DNA of 64,000 nucleotides from Utricularia gibba. Lineage: Eukaryota > Plantae > Magnoliophyta. The number at the start of each line of letters is the position of its first letter. Position 1 is the stretch's first letter. The stretch is taken from positions 4,898,001 through 4,962,000 of the forward strand of contig NEEC01000002.1 in NCBI GenBank assembly GCA_002189035.1, in the 5' to 3' direction. A model generated the notes under the pieces. It saw only the letters and a list, made by a program, of their open reading frames with translations, made no database searches and had not been told where the DNA came from. The translations under genes were made by a program, and so were the position numbers. This document shows positions 1 through 12,600 of this stretch, in pieces.

Positions 1-3000
1 CTATTTCAATACATTCCTCAAGGCCTGATTGTAAAAGTGCATCCCTTTGTCACTAGTTAGTGCCTTAGGAGTCATATAACGAACAAAAATGTTGTTGTGT
101 AGATAATTGATAATTGTCTTTGCATCGTCTATCCTTATAGGGATGACTTCAGTCCACTTCAAAACATAATCAACAGCCACTAAAATGTAATTGAACCCTA
201 CAAAAGTGGAGAACGGCCCCATAAAATCAATGCCCCAAACATCAAATAACTCACATATTATAATTCTTTGTAGAGGAATTTCATTTTTGTTGAATAAATT
301 TCTCACTCTTTGACATGGTGCACAACCTTTGCAATAATTGTAATAATCTCTAAAAATGTGAGGCCAATAGAATCCACAATCTAAAATTTTTCTATCTATC
401 TGGTTTGGTTCATGATGGTCATTAAAAGGTTCTGCATGACATAAATCAATAATTTTAGGAATTTCAAACTCATGAACACACCTTTGAATTACACTATCAT
501 TGCATCTCTTCCATATGTAAGGATCATCCCAAATATAATATTTGGTGTCACTCTACAATTTTTTCTTCGCATGGTAATCAATTCTTGGTGGCATCACTCT
601 AATTGAAACAAAATTGGACAAGTGAGCAAACAATGGTTCTCAAATGATAGTCCTAACTGAGAATAAGTATTCATCTGAAATCATTTCAATGATAGGACTG
701 TCATTCCTTATCCTTCTATCCTATTGAGATGATCAGCCACCATGTTCTCCTTCCCAGGTCTATCTCTGATCTCAATGTTAAATTTGTGGACAAGAAGAAC
801 TCATCTTATAAGTCTTGGCTTGAACTCTTTCTTCATCAAATGCTTCACCGTCAAGTGATCTGTGTAAATAATCACCTTACTACCTAGAAGATAAGACGTG
901 AATTTTTTATAGCAAATTTCATAGATAAAAATTATCTTTCAGTCACATTGTAATTTCTTTGCGCATCATCTAATGTCTTGAAAGCATAAGAAATGGCATG
1001 ATGATTTCATTCAATTTTCTATCCCAAAACTGTTCCTATGGCATTTTGCTAACATCATACATAATTTTGAAATCATACCTCTAATTTGGTAGTTGCATCA
1101 TAGGGTAGTAGTCATAGCTCTTTCAAGTGATTAAAACCAGTATCGCATGAATAATCAAAATTAAAATCTACATCATTGTGCAAAAGTCAATTGAGAGTTA
1201 AAGCAATTTTATAAAATTTTTGAATAAATCTTCTATAGAAGTCAATATCTCTAAAAAATGATCTCAACCCTTCACATCAATTGGATATAGTAATTGAATT
1301 ATAATCCCAATTTTTTCTTTATCTACCTCAATACCTTTCCTAGAAATAACATGGTGAAACACAATTTCATGATCTATCATGAAGTGACATTTTTTAGAAT
1401 TAAGAACAAAATTTTTCTCAAAATATTTTTGCAAGACTTGATGCAAATGATCTAAACATGACTCATAATTCTTTTTAGACACTATAAAATCATCCATAAA
1501 AGTTCAAAGAAATCCTCACGAAAATTTGAAAAGATGCTGGTCATATACCTCTAGAAGGTAGCAGGAGTAAGTCTTCCCAAATGAAAGAAACTAGGTCTTT
1601 AACCCAAACTTAGTCTTTCTACAGGTGTAAGTCTTCCCAAATGAAAGAAACTAGGTCTTTAGCTGAAATTAAAACTTAGTTATATTCAAAATAACACCAC
1701 TCATTTTGGATTCTTTGTGGCACCAACTCTCTCATCTCGTTCTCCACCATTGTCATGTCAATCTTCTTGGATACTATATGGATGGGATTGACCCACTTGC
1801 TATTCATGATGGAGTATATAATACTTGCATATGAAGTTTGAAAATTTCTTTTTTTTTTACCACTTCTATCATATTTGGGTTGAGACATCTTTGTGGGTGA
1901 CCGATAGGTTCGATTCCATCTTCTAAGAGAATCTTGTGCATGCATATAGGGGGAGAGATTCCTCTATTTGCAAGGGTCCATCCAGTTGCCTTCTTATTTT
2001 TGATAAGCACCTCAAGTAGCCACGATTCTTGCTCTAAGCTAAAACTAATAGAGATGATAACAAGGTTGTTCATTTCTTCATTCAAAAATGCGTACTTAAG
2101 GAGCGTTGGCAGTGGCTTCAACTCTACTCTTTTCTCTTCCAAGGTCTTGATTTGCATAGTATTCACCTACTCTCACCTTGTTTTAGCTTACACTCTTTTT
2201 AAAAATGATTCCTCATACTTTTCTTTCTTCTATTAGATAGCCTTCTCAAAATGTTCTTCAACCAATTTATCCATTATATCCATTGAGCATATACTCTAAA
2301 AATCGTGAGGATAATTGTTTACTTTATTTATATCCAGCGTGATCTTGTCTTCATCAAAAAATAGTTTAATTGTGCCCATCTTCACATTAATTATTGCATT
2401 CAAAGTGCAAAAATGCCCTCTCAAGGATGATGGTTGTATCTCTTGAGCTTCTAGCCGATATATTCACAACATAAAAGTCTGCAGGAAGTACCAATTACTC
2501 AATTTTCACCAAGACATCTTTAATCAATCCACAAGCTCAATTTGTACTCTTGAAGCTTGTAAATGTCCTAACATGAGAGTTTCATCGCAGAAAATGACAT
2601 CACATTTATGGAGGCTCCGAGGTCAGCCACTACTCTCCTAATGTTTAAATCACCAATTTTACATGGAATAAAAAATGTTCCAAGATCCATGTATTTTTTC
2701 GATAGCTTCCACGAAAGAAGAGCTGAGCAACTTCACTTTCCCCTTTTCCTTCACCTTTGGCTTAGACATACGGAGTTACTTTAGGTACTTTACGTTCTAC
2801 GGCACTAGATCAATATATTCTAGCAATGTCAAATTCAATTGGGTGTCATCTAAACTCTCAACATTTTTTTTTTCATTTTGTTCCTTCTTACCTTTAGCCT
2901 TCCTAGAAATGATGGTGGGGATACCTTCACAGTGAGAGGTTTTGTAACAATTTGCATACTATGTTCTTTAATTTCTCCATCCACCACAACTTCATATTCT

Positions 3001-4290
3001 TCTCTCGTCTCTACATTACTCTTAGGTTGAACTAATTCTCTTCCAAGTTTTTCTTTCCCATTCCTCAGTGTCACTGCACTGATATTTTGTCCTCCTCTAG
3101 AGTTGAGATTTTGTTTGGCTCATGATGGTAAGCTTCCCTTGTCCTCTCTCAAACTTGAAGGCTGGAATTGCTATTGAACCTACTGATTTGGCTTTCAAAA
3201 TCGTGGAGCTTGATACGAACGTTTCTACTGCTCTTGAAATTTCTGTTGGAATCCTTTTATCCAGAAGTTGAACTTTCACCTTTGTAGGATGATAATTTTT
3301 GCTCCACTGAAAATCGGGATGATCCCTCTATCCGGGGTTATAGGTGTAGGAGTAGGGATCGTACTTTTTCATTTGTGGCTCCAGATATACCAGTGCTTTT
3401 ACATGTTCTTCCTCCAGCAAGTCAGGACACTTATCAGCCATGTGTCTCATTCTATGACAGTTCCTGTAGAGTATATTCTTAACTTGAAATATAAATAATT
3501 CCTTCATGGAGTGCTCACCCAAATCTTCAAGCAATGCAATAGCTTCAGTGGGTGTCTTCTTCCTCAAAAATCCACCAGATGTTGAATCTATCATTGCTCT
3601 ATCAATGCATAACAGTCCATTATAGAAATATTTGACAAAGGCATTAGTCTGAAATCCGTGATTCAAATAGGATCCCGGTAGATAGTTAAAACGCTCCCAA
3701 TATTCATGCAGAGACTCGCCACTTGATTGCTCAATGTCACTGATCTCTTTGCTAATCTCTTCAGCCTTAGAAACTAAAAAATATTTGCTTAAAAATACTT
3801 TCTTCATGCTAGACCAGTCTATGATGCTCCTAAGCTTCAATGAATTGAATCAAGTTTTTGCACTCCCTTCTATCGTTAATTGAAATGCTCTCAAATAGAT
3901 AGCATCCTCGGTCATCCCAACACTCTTAAAGGACATGCAGAGCATTGTGACATTTTTCAGATGTTCATGCATGTTCTCTCCAATTTTTCCATAATATTTA
4001 GATAGAAAGTTGATCATTGGTGACTTCAATTCGTTGGCTGTATCATCAGAGAATCTGATGCACAATCCTTTGTACATATGATCTGCTCCATCCAACTCAT
4101 TCCATATCTTCTCCTGTTCTACTAGGATAAGATTAGCTTGAGTTGCAGCAAGGAGTCTTCTCAACTTGACAACTTCTTTTACTCTCTTACCGTTTCTCCT
4201 AGCGGCCCTCTTGATTTCAGGGTTGAAATCAAAATCACATATACAAGAGGAATGTAAATGTATCAACTGAAATATATAACAATCAAACAC
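1..4290 (-). mobile_element. Degenerate Athila-type Ty3/gypsy internal region (gag-protease-RT-RNaseH-integrase), running off the window start
   Basis: Broken minus-strand ORFs: integrase core ELFDVWGIDFMGPF (1-306), RT MDDFIV...KCHFM (1264-1497), RT N-part SPPICMHKILLED...QRCLNPNMIEVVKK (1804-2166), gag GESLHEYWERF (3328-3840), Athila-like gag start DFNPEIKR (3850-4290). Many stops and frameshifts. Confidence 0.9.
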
Positions 4291-4294
4291 CCCA

Positions 4295-4311
4295 CCGTGG
4301 CAACAACTCCA
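4295..4311 (-). other. Primer-binding site (degenerate tRNA-Asp type) of the Athila element
   Basis: Reverse strand reads TGGAGTTGTTGCCACGG, similar to the Athila PBS TGGCGCCGTTGCCGGGG, directly abutting the LTR end. Confidence 0.7.
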
Positions 4312-4314
4312 AAT

Positions 4315-5419
4315 TAATAAATGGAAAATTTGGAAGTATCGTTAAAAATGTAAATCTTTGTTATCAAATAAATTTATAAATCTAATTACAACCAATCATA
4401 CAACAATTTGAGTATAATGGATTAGGATTGAATATAAGGAGTTTTGTGCTTGCCATGTGATGGCTAATACATTCTATTTTTGTTGTGATTTGAAGATTAA
4501 TGCAAGCCTATGATAAAATACAGTAAAGCAATAAACAAGTAAATTCGATTACTGTCTAAAATAAAATAATACAATGTCTTAAGGCTTCTAGGAGTGACCT
4601 GATCATTATTACACTTATCTCACCCAATCCAACAATCATTCATCTAACAAATTAAGAATTTAAGTATATTTAAATCCTTGTTTTTTCTTAATTGTTGATC
4701 TACCTTTTGTTAGGTTTGTTCATGATAAATACCACCACTTCCCCCTCCTAAATCAATCTTTGTTTGATAAGGAGTTAGTATGATTATTGAGCTAATATAA
4801 TATAATAAACAATAATCATGTACAATCCATTTTGTCACAAGACATCACTTGCATTTAGCCACTCACATTGAAATAAAATAAAACAAGTTTATGACATAAC
4901 ATAAAAAAAGCATATTCATGTCGTAGCTTAACAAGGAGAAAGTAAATAGTAGCACAAAATCAAAATAGTTTCCAACAAAACACTTAAAATAGTATTTCCA
5001 ATACTCCCAGTTGGGAGTAGCGTTCATGACGAAGAAATCTTCAAGTTTAGGTTGAGTTCCTGCATTTGTCTTCTTTGTTCCAAGGGGAGATATTATTCTC
5101 TTTCTCATAATTTTCAAAAATTCATTTTCTTCCACCTTAGGATTTGGTGTCCTTTATTTAAGCTTGTCTTCATCATCTGCCACCTTCACTGTTCATTTTC
5201 AGTTCCTTGTGATTTGAACTTTTAATATGTATTGCATTACTAAAGGTAAGTGATTGAAACAAAGATTGGGGCTAAATCCAGGATTTAGTCCCAATTTGGA
5301 ATAAAAGCATAAATATATTACTAATCACAAAGATACGAAAATATTTAATAAAATCCCAATTTTCTAATATAATATTATTCATTTTGTAGTCTTAAGATAT
5401 TGAAAAACATGTGTAATCA
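4315..5419 (-). mobile_element. 5' LTR of the Athila element (LTR family A)
   Basis: Adjacent to the PBS. Ends and interior match family A copies at 15212, 20909, 42150-44378 and 51805. Confidence 0.8.
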
Positions 5420-5939
5420 TAATATGCTATAGATAAATACAGCATACACATCTAGAAACCTCCAACAGCTACTTTGACATTTATTAATATTATTGTTTAA
5501 TTCATATAAATCATCAATCTTTCAAAAAAGTTATTGAATTACAAATTCAAAGCACTTGCTCTTCTTGCTTCATTTCCAAATACTTCTTACATATATGAAT
5601 GTGGTTATATTTGTAACCGACAATTTTTACCATGGGTAGATTTGTTAAAAACCCCTCATTGAACTCCTACCAAATCACATTCATGAATTTGTTGAACTTA
5701 GAGTTAAGACTTCGTTGTTGTTTTACTTTTAAGTTACTATATTTGATGTTACATTGCTATGAATATTAATTAAAAATTATTATCAATGTGACAATTAAAA
5801 TACATAAATTTTCACATTACAAGGATCAATTTCTTATGTTCGATCATCAATACTACCATGAATGTGATTATCGTAACGTTGCATTACGATAATGCGTAAG
5901 CCCAAAAAATGCAGCAACACTACTCATGATTGAATGGGG

Positions 5940-7050
5940 TCATATTCAGTGAAAACTTCCATGAGGGGTTTGCGGAAGCCCTCAGCAGGATGGCCTATCA
6001 GATGATTTCTTCATGTGGGAGGGCGTCTCATCCTGTAGAGTGAGTGTTTAATGCTCCTCTTGCGCATGGGTTCCAGTACAGCGGATGCCCTTCAGATTCT
6101 TTCATCCATAAGCAGCCATTGTGTTGTACTGCGTTCATAGCAATAACCAGCTTTTTCTCAAGAGAGGAAGCCCTAGTGACCAACCACCTTGAAGACATGA
6201 TTTGACAGGAGTTGAATTTGAGTCTTATCATATAATTCAGCAACTAACCGCTGAAGTAATCTCAGCCTCTTCTGCAACGAATCTCATTCTTGATGCCAAA
6301 TTTGACCCTTCCAAGGTCTCCTCTCCGAGCCCCACATCCAGCAACCAAACCACGACCTCAAGCGTCAGTGGAAGACAACAAACAAAACCAGTCACTTCAG
6401 GGGAGAAAGATGATTCAAGAATACGCAAAAAGGACTCCGTATTCGGTAGATTACAGTAACGAGGTTTAACTAACTGTTTTCAGATTATTTCTGTCCTTTT
6501 TTTGTCATAACCGACAGTGAAATGGAGTATGACATGAATGAGTCAGGGGCGACTTCATTACAATATTTCCTGTCCCAGATGAGGCAACTTCACGTGGGAA
6601 TTAACAAATTTATCGAATGGCCTCAAATCGAACTAGGAGGTTTAAGCTTGCCCCCGGCTTTTTTTGTTATCTATGTAATGTTGGACACATTTTTTAGGCC
6701 AAAGTTCCTATGTTTTTTTTTTTTTTCTTTTTCTCTTCGGGTGAATCCAGGGCCGTGTCCAATCTTGGGGTAGGAGATCGACATTGATGGCCGATGGGCT
6801 TCCTGTACAGAAGTCTACGTAGGAGAATCTTTCATTCTAACATGTGTATGTATTATCCCTGCTGAATCACAGCACTCAGTCCTCATCAAATCCGATTTAA
6901 AATTTGGTAATAAGCCTGGATTTTCTTCCACCAGGAAAGTCTGTACTCATCTCAGAGCATTTCAACTGCCTCCCACACAATCCCAGTTCGCCTCCAACAT
7001 TAGAACGTGCACAAATATCAGAAACGTCTCTTAAAAAAGATCCACCCTAA
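5940..7050 (+). mobile_element. Probable degenerate L1/LINE fragment (ORF1 to endonuclease end)
   Basis: Near 6860-6930 translates PAESQHSVLIKSDLKFGNKPGFS, resembling the L1 endonuclease end motif SDHxPIL...GPKPFRF. Upstream part is a low-complexity ORF1-like stretch. Weak match by eye. Confidence 0.4.
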
Positions 7051-8551
7051 ACTCACGAAATACAAAAGCATGGGTACCTGTACCTCCGAAAAAGCAGACA
7101 CCTCCCTCTTTCTCCCCGTCCCTTTGGGTATGCAAACAGAATGAGTGGCCATGATGGGGAAGAAGGGCACATGAAAACTAATTCACGTTTTCACTGTGCA
7201 TGAGTTAGCTGTGCACGTACCCTGCTTCTCCATCTTGATCAGCGCTCATCCCCAAAAACTCCAAGGAGATAGAGCAGTGAATGAGAAGAAGCAGAAGAAG
7301 AGAAGTGTTTCAAGTTCCCTTTGGCTTCTTCTTGGGCTATTTATAACAAGGTGGCCTAACGCCCCCATTCTCCTCTCTTACTGCTTACCCTAAAATGCCA
7401 CTTTTTACTTAAAAACTCGAAACTCTAGCCTGGCCTACTGCCTAAGGGCGATGGCAAACAGTGGTTGAAGGCAATGTCTTAACCATCGAGTTGGTCCAGT
7501 AAGGTAGTTGGTCTTATGGTGCCCAGATGGTTCCAATGTCACCCCAAATGAGCTACCCATAGCCCCAAGCAGGAGCTTTGGCTAACCCAGGAAGGCATAT
7601 ATAATCCCAGGGTTGCACCCCGCTTTCAATTAAACCAACAGGATGGTCATCAATTCCATGGGATGACCCATCCTTCGTTTCTACTTTCTAGGGAAGAGGA
7701 ATGGTCCTAATGGGGGGTTATGGAGGCTCCATGATGGACCAAAAAGAATGGCCCACATGAGTTTAAATCAATTGTAGATCACTGAAAAATGCGAGGGTAC
7801 ATTTTTTCCTTGTTGTGTGCCAAATTTTTTTTCCAAGTATAGATATTAAATTTAATTACGAGTCTGAAAGAGTGCACTCTTCGAATCCTACAGGCTACAT
7901 ACAAAAATTCAAGGTAATCAACTCTTAGAAGTTGGTTTTTGCACTTACTCATTGATATATACATTTTTTTTTTACTCTGTATGATACTTAAAAATTAGTT
8001 GACAGTATACTTTCTTCTGGCTTGAAAATCAATCATGAATTCCTCTGTTCACAAATATCCACACAACATTTATAGTGCATCTTTCTAAGTACCAATATCT
8101 TGATCTACTATAATATAGATGATGATACAATATGTTCAAGATTTTATACTGCTAAAAATGATATCGGTTCGACAATCCCACCATTTTTATAATCATCTCA
8201 TTGCTGCTGGGTATACGCATACTCGATAAAACTATGGGTAGCATTTGTCGATTATATAGAAATAAAAGAAACAAGAATGGTATGTAATTATCATAATTCC
8301 CTCCTAGTCTCCCACCATTAATACAAAGAATGAGTGTTTTTAGGATGAAATCTCCTCCATTAAAATCAAAACATATCACATTTGTTATTCATGTATTTTT
8401 TTAACATTTAACTGTTAGAATATCAAATTTTGGTGCTCTTTGTAAAAAAAATAACTGTATATGATCGATATTTATGATGGTCGTTGAACATAGCATTCAA
8501 GAATGGGAATCATTCAATGCACTGCAATGATGAAACAATCATCGGAATCTG

Positions 8552-10578
8552 ATGATGAGCGGCGATAGTGAGCCATTGATTGACCGAGAACAAGAGCAGC
8601 AGGAGCAGGAGCAATCCTCCTCCTCCTCTCCCCGCTTTTCTTCTCTACTTGTAAATCTGTACGCGGGTCACTTTTTAGCCAGATGGGGTGCCAGGTTTGC
8701 AATTTATACTTCCCACCTTTTTTTTAAACCCTAAACGTGGTTTCGACGTTTAGGGTTCTAATCCTGATTGCATAGAATGTGTGCAGATTCGAATATGCAC
8801 TTATCTCACCATTCTTTAGTCGACTTGTATGACTGAGTATTGGATTTGAAACAAGTGTGTGTTTTATTAATTTAAGTATACATGATTTCAGGATGTGGGA
8901 ATTCTCAGTTGGTCTATACATGATCACCCTATGGCCAGATTCCTTGCTAATTGCTGCAGCTTATGGTGTGACTGAATCTGTCTCCGTCGCATTATTCGGC
9001 CCGCTGATCGGCAGATTAGTCGATAAACTGAGCTACATTCAGATACTGAGGCTGTGGCTATTGAGCCAAAATGTCTCTTTCATGGTCGCTGGTGCTGGTG
9101 TCATTGCCATGCTGCTCACCCCTGCTGAGATCACTGCAAATCATGCAACTTTCACATCTCTTTTGATACTGATCAACGTCGCCGGAGCTTTTGGGGTGCT
9201 CTCCTCTCTGGCCGGGACGATCTTGATCGAAAGAGAATGGTGATACATCTGATCATCACAAACCCTCTGATGCACAGTAAGTTTTTTCTTTCTGAACTTT
9301 GGTTCATACTTCTTACTCAGGGTGATAGTTATTTCTCAAGACAAAGAGCCCGGTATCTTAACGGAGATGAATTCAGTTATTCGGCGAATTGATCTGACTT
9401 GCAATCTTCTTGCTCCGGTGGTCACCGGCTTCATAATCAGCTTCATTTCTCTGGTTGCATCCGCCATGGCTCTCGCACTCTGGAACTTGGTATCTGTATT
9501 ACTGCAGTACTGGCTTTTGATGAATGTGTACAATGGCTTCCCATCCTTAAGTGATGTAAGCCACAAAAAATCATCAACGTCGTCTACTACAGAAGGCCTC
9601 GTTTCTTCGGCATCGAACTACGAGTCGTATGTCACACCGGTTAGCACGAACCGACGCTTAATCGATCGATTTCTGAACATGCCCTATGTCAGCGCGTGGA
9701 AGTTGTACTTCGTTCAAAGCACCAAGCTCCCTGGTTTGGCTCTGGCTCTTTTGTACTTCAGTGTGCTTAGGTTTCTACTTGTTTCTCTGCTCTGTTTCAG
9801 ATGCTCTTATGAATCCTTCTCCATTAATGGTACCGTTTTTTCCGACTCACTCTCAGCTTCGGAACACTGATGACGGCGATGCTCGAGTGGCAGGGGATCC
9901 CGGCGTATGTCATCGGAGGTGCTCGTGGCGTAGCAGCAGCAGTGGGTATAAGCGCAACATACCTGTACCCTGTCATGGAGTCTAGACTCTCCACTCTGGG
10001 GACAGGCCTCTCCTCCATTTGGCTCCAGGTCTGGACCACCTCTTTATATAAAGGAATGCGTCGGTAAATGACTATTTTGTGGGACGCAGTGGTCGTGTCT
10101 CCTGCTGTGCATAGCTTCCATCTTCGTGAAGCCGAAGCTGGCATCAGCGTACATGCTGATGGGGGGAGTCGCCTCGTCTCGTCTGGGGCTGTGGATGTTC
10201 GACCTGGCCGTGATTCAGCAAATGCAGGCAAGACCGCAACCTCGGCTCTCTGCTTGATCCCACATCGCCTCACCGCTTCTTCTTGTAACAGGAACACGTC
10301 CCCGAAGCCGATCGCTGCATCGTGGGAGGCGTCCAAAACTCGCTTCAGTCGGTTCTGGACTTGATGACATACGTCACCGGGATGGTTGTCTCCGATCCCC
10401 AGGTTGGTGATGATACATCACTACACGCGCCATTGCTGCATCTCAGGATATGCGATTGACAAGGCATTGATTGGTGTAGGATTTTTGGAAGCTCACGGTG
10501 TTGTCATTCTTGCTGGTGTCCACCGCTGCGACGCTCTACACCGTCCACGCTCATCATGTAATAACGGCTGCACGTTGA
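8552..10578 (+). CDS. FPN/IREG: Ferroportin / IREG (SLC40A) metal exporter, 7 exons, 486 aa
   Basis: Exons 8552-8694, 8892-9239, 9321-9770, 9857-10028, 10090-10227, 10292-10402, 10480-10578 total 1461 nt and splice in frame. Family motifs: LYAGHFLARWGARMWEFSVGL, LAGTILIEREWV, MNSVIRRIDL, ALALLYFSVLSFGTLMT, SRLGLWMFDLAVIQQMQ, GGVQNSLQS. Intron 5 is GC-AG. Confidence 0.95.
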
Positions 10579-10694
10579 TCGGGCAAGAGAAAAATTAATC
10601 ATGAATGTGATCATTTGTATTACTCGCTGCTCATTTTTTTATGATCCTAAGCCAGAGTCATTTCTGTTAAGAAAAAAACATTATTATTGAATAT

Positions 10695-12256
10695 TGATGA
10701 GTTTGTTTCTCCTACAAATGGGCACACCACTATGACAACTAACCGACTGCAGATGTGAGCCTTGACCACGACAAAATGATTTCATTTCCCTTCCCGCACA
10801 GGTTCCATGTTAATGTAGGGATTTCCTGGGCTCCCATCACCAGTCGTAATTTCTCAACCTCGAAGAGCCTTTTTCATTATGTCCGTTATCCAATCCTTGT
10901 TTTCATAAAATTTCAATTTAATGTTTAATAATGAAGCCCAAGAGATGCGGAATCACCTGGTCCCCACAGAGACACGGACACGACTCAACCGTAAAGAAGA
11001 ACTAACATCACCTGAAGGAGACGCAAGGATGAAGGGGCAGGACATAATTTACACCAAAAGAAAGAAGAATGAACTATAAGATCTTATTTTAGTAATTCTT
11101 TTAAGGATACTCTATAAGAAAGATGTACTCAAGTGGTAACAATAGCTTTTGAATCTTCCAGGCTTTTTTTTTTTTAACTTCTTTCAACATAGGTGGAAAG
11201 AAGAAGTTTGTGGATTTTCAAACTCATTGATGAATTCTTACAATACCACCAATACAACAACTTGGTATTAGAGCCGCCCAACCCACTGTCCCGCAAATGG
11301 AAGAGCTCTTGAATGCTCTGAAGCAAATGCAGCAGCAAATGGATCAGCATTTTTGAGAAACAGAGAAACGTTTTTGAGAGCTTGGAACGCCACGCCACCA
11401 ATGCTACGAGCAGCAATGCTAATAGCCGCAGTCCCCTTGTAGCCCGGAAACATCCCATTAAGACAATGAAACTGGAAATTCCCAACTTCAATAGTATGAT
11501 CGAACCCTTGGGTTGGATAAATTGCTGCAAACACGTCTTTGAATATCACCAGATGTCGAAAGAAGACATGCTAAGAGTCATTGCAACGCAATTGAAGGGG
11601 AGGGAATGGCATAGAGCTGGTATGTGAAACTCAAGCCACGTATGGACGGCTTTCAAGCATGCAATGTAATCTATGATTTAGACCGTGACACCGAGGCTCA
11701 GCAATTGACCTCGAGGTTTACAATCAATTTGAAAAAATTGCACTTAACATTGATAACCTCCACCCAGAACATAAGATGCTAATTTATTTAGGTGGGTTAT
11801 CACCCTATACTTCAACTTTAATCAAACCATAAAATCCCTTGATGATGATAGACACCATGAGTCTAGCAACAATGTTATGTGAAGGCAGACTTAACAACCT
11901 TCGTTCGGCACAGGTCGTTAAAAAATCAAATGCTGGTACATGAAGAAGAAAGAAAAACTTGGACATTAAGAAAGATCAACATGAAGAAAAGACCTCTCGA
12001 AACACAAGAAAGCAAACCCCACCCAGCAAAAGATTGCTTGAGAAGGAATTTGAGGACAGGAATGCAAAGAACCTCTGTTTTCATTGTGAAAAAAGTTCAT
12101 TCTGGGTCACAAATACAAGAAGCTATTCTTGGTATGGTTCATTTAGAGTGATGAGGAGACTAACAAAGAAATTTGTCACTAAATACTCTCATTGACCATA
12201 TTAGAACTCCATCTACTAGACAACTAATGCAAGGAGAAGTCATTCTGAAAGGGCAT
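10695..12256 (+). mobile_element. Chromoviral Ty3/gypsy 5' LTR, tRNA-Met PBS and degenerate gag
   Basis: PBS TGGTATTAGAGCC at 11263-11275. Gag motif KLEIPNFNSMIEPLGWINCCKHVFEYH (11382-11627). Left LTR boundary approximate. Confidence 0.75.
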
Positions 12257-12600
12257 TGATAAATGAAAAATTTACACGTCGTAAATGTAAATCTTCCTAT
12301 CAAATAAATTTATAACCTAATACACATTCTAGCATAAAACAATTATGAGCATAGTGATTAGGGTCGAACACGAAGAGCAGGTGCTTGCTATGTGAAAGTT
12401 AATACATGAAATCAGTATCACATTAGTAAAATTGGTCTTAGCTAGGACTAAGGCAGAACTAAAACGAAATACAATAAAGAAAATTAATAAGTTCTGGAGC
12501 TCGTTGTTTCTGGAATGAAATGGGTGATGCCTTAGGACTCCTAGGGGATGTATGCTCATCACTAAACAAGCTCATACAAACCACAAATCATACAACTAAC
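12257..12600 (-). mobile_element. Truncated family A (Athila) LTR fragment
   Basis: Starts TGATAAATGAAAAATTT and aligns by eye with the first ~350 bp of the 20909 copy. Confidence 0.75.

Noticed and set aside
8660-8910. WGARMWEF in place of the animal ferroportin WGDRMWHF metal site
   Set aside because: This substitution pattern is typical of plant IREG/FPN proteins, so it is not specific to this gene.
9824-10336. 170-aa minus-strand ORF and other overlapping ORFs in the ferroportin gene
   Set aside because: Antisense or alternate-frame shadows of GC-rich exons.
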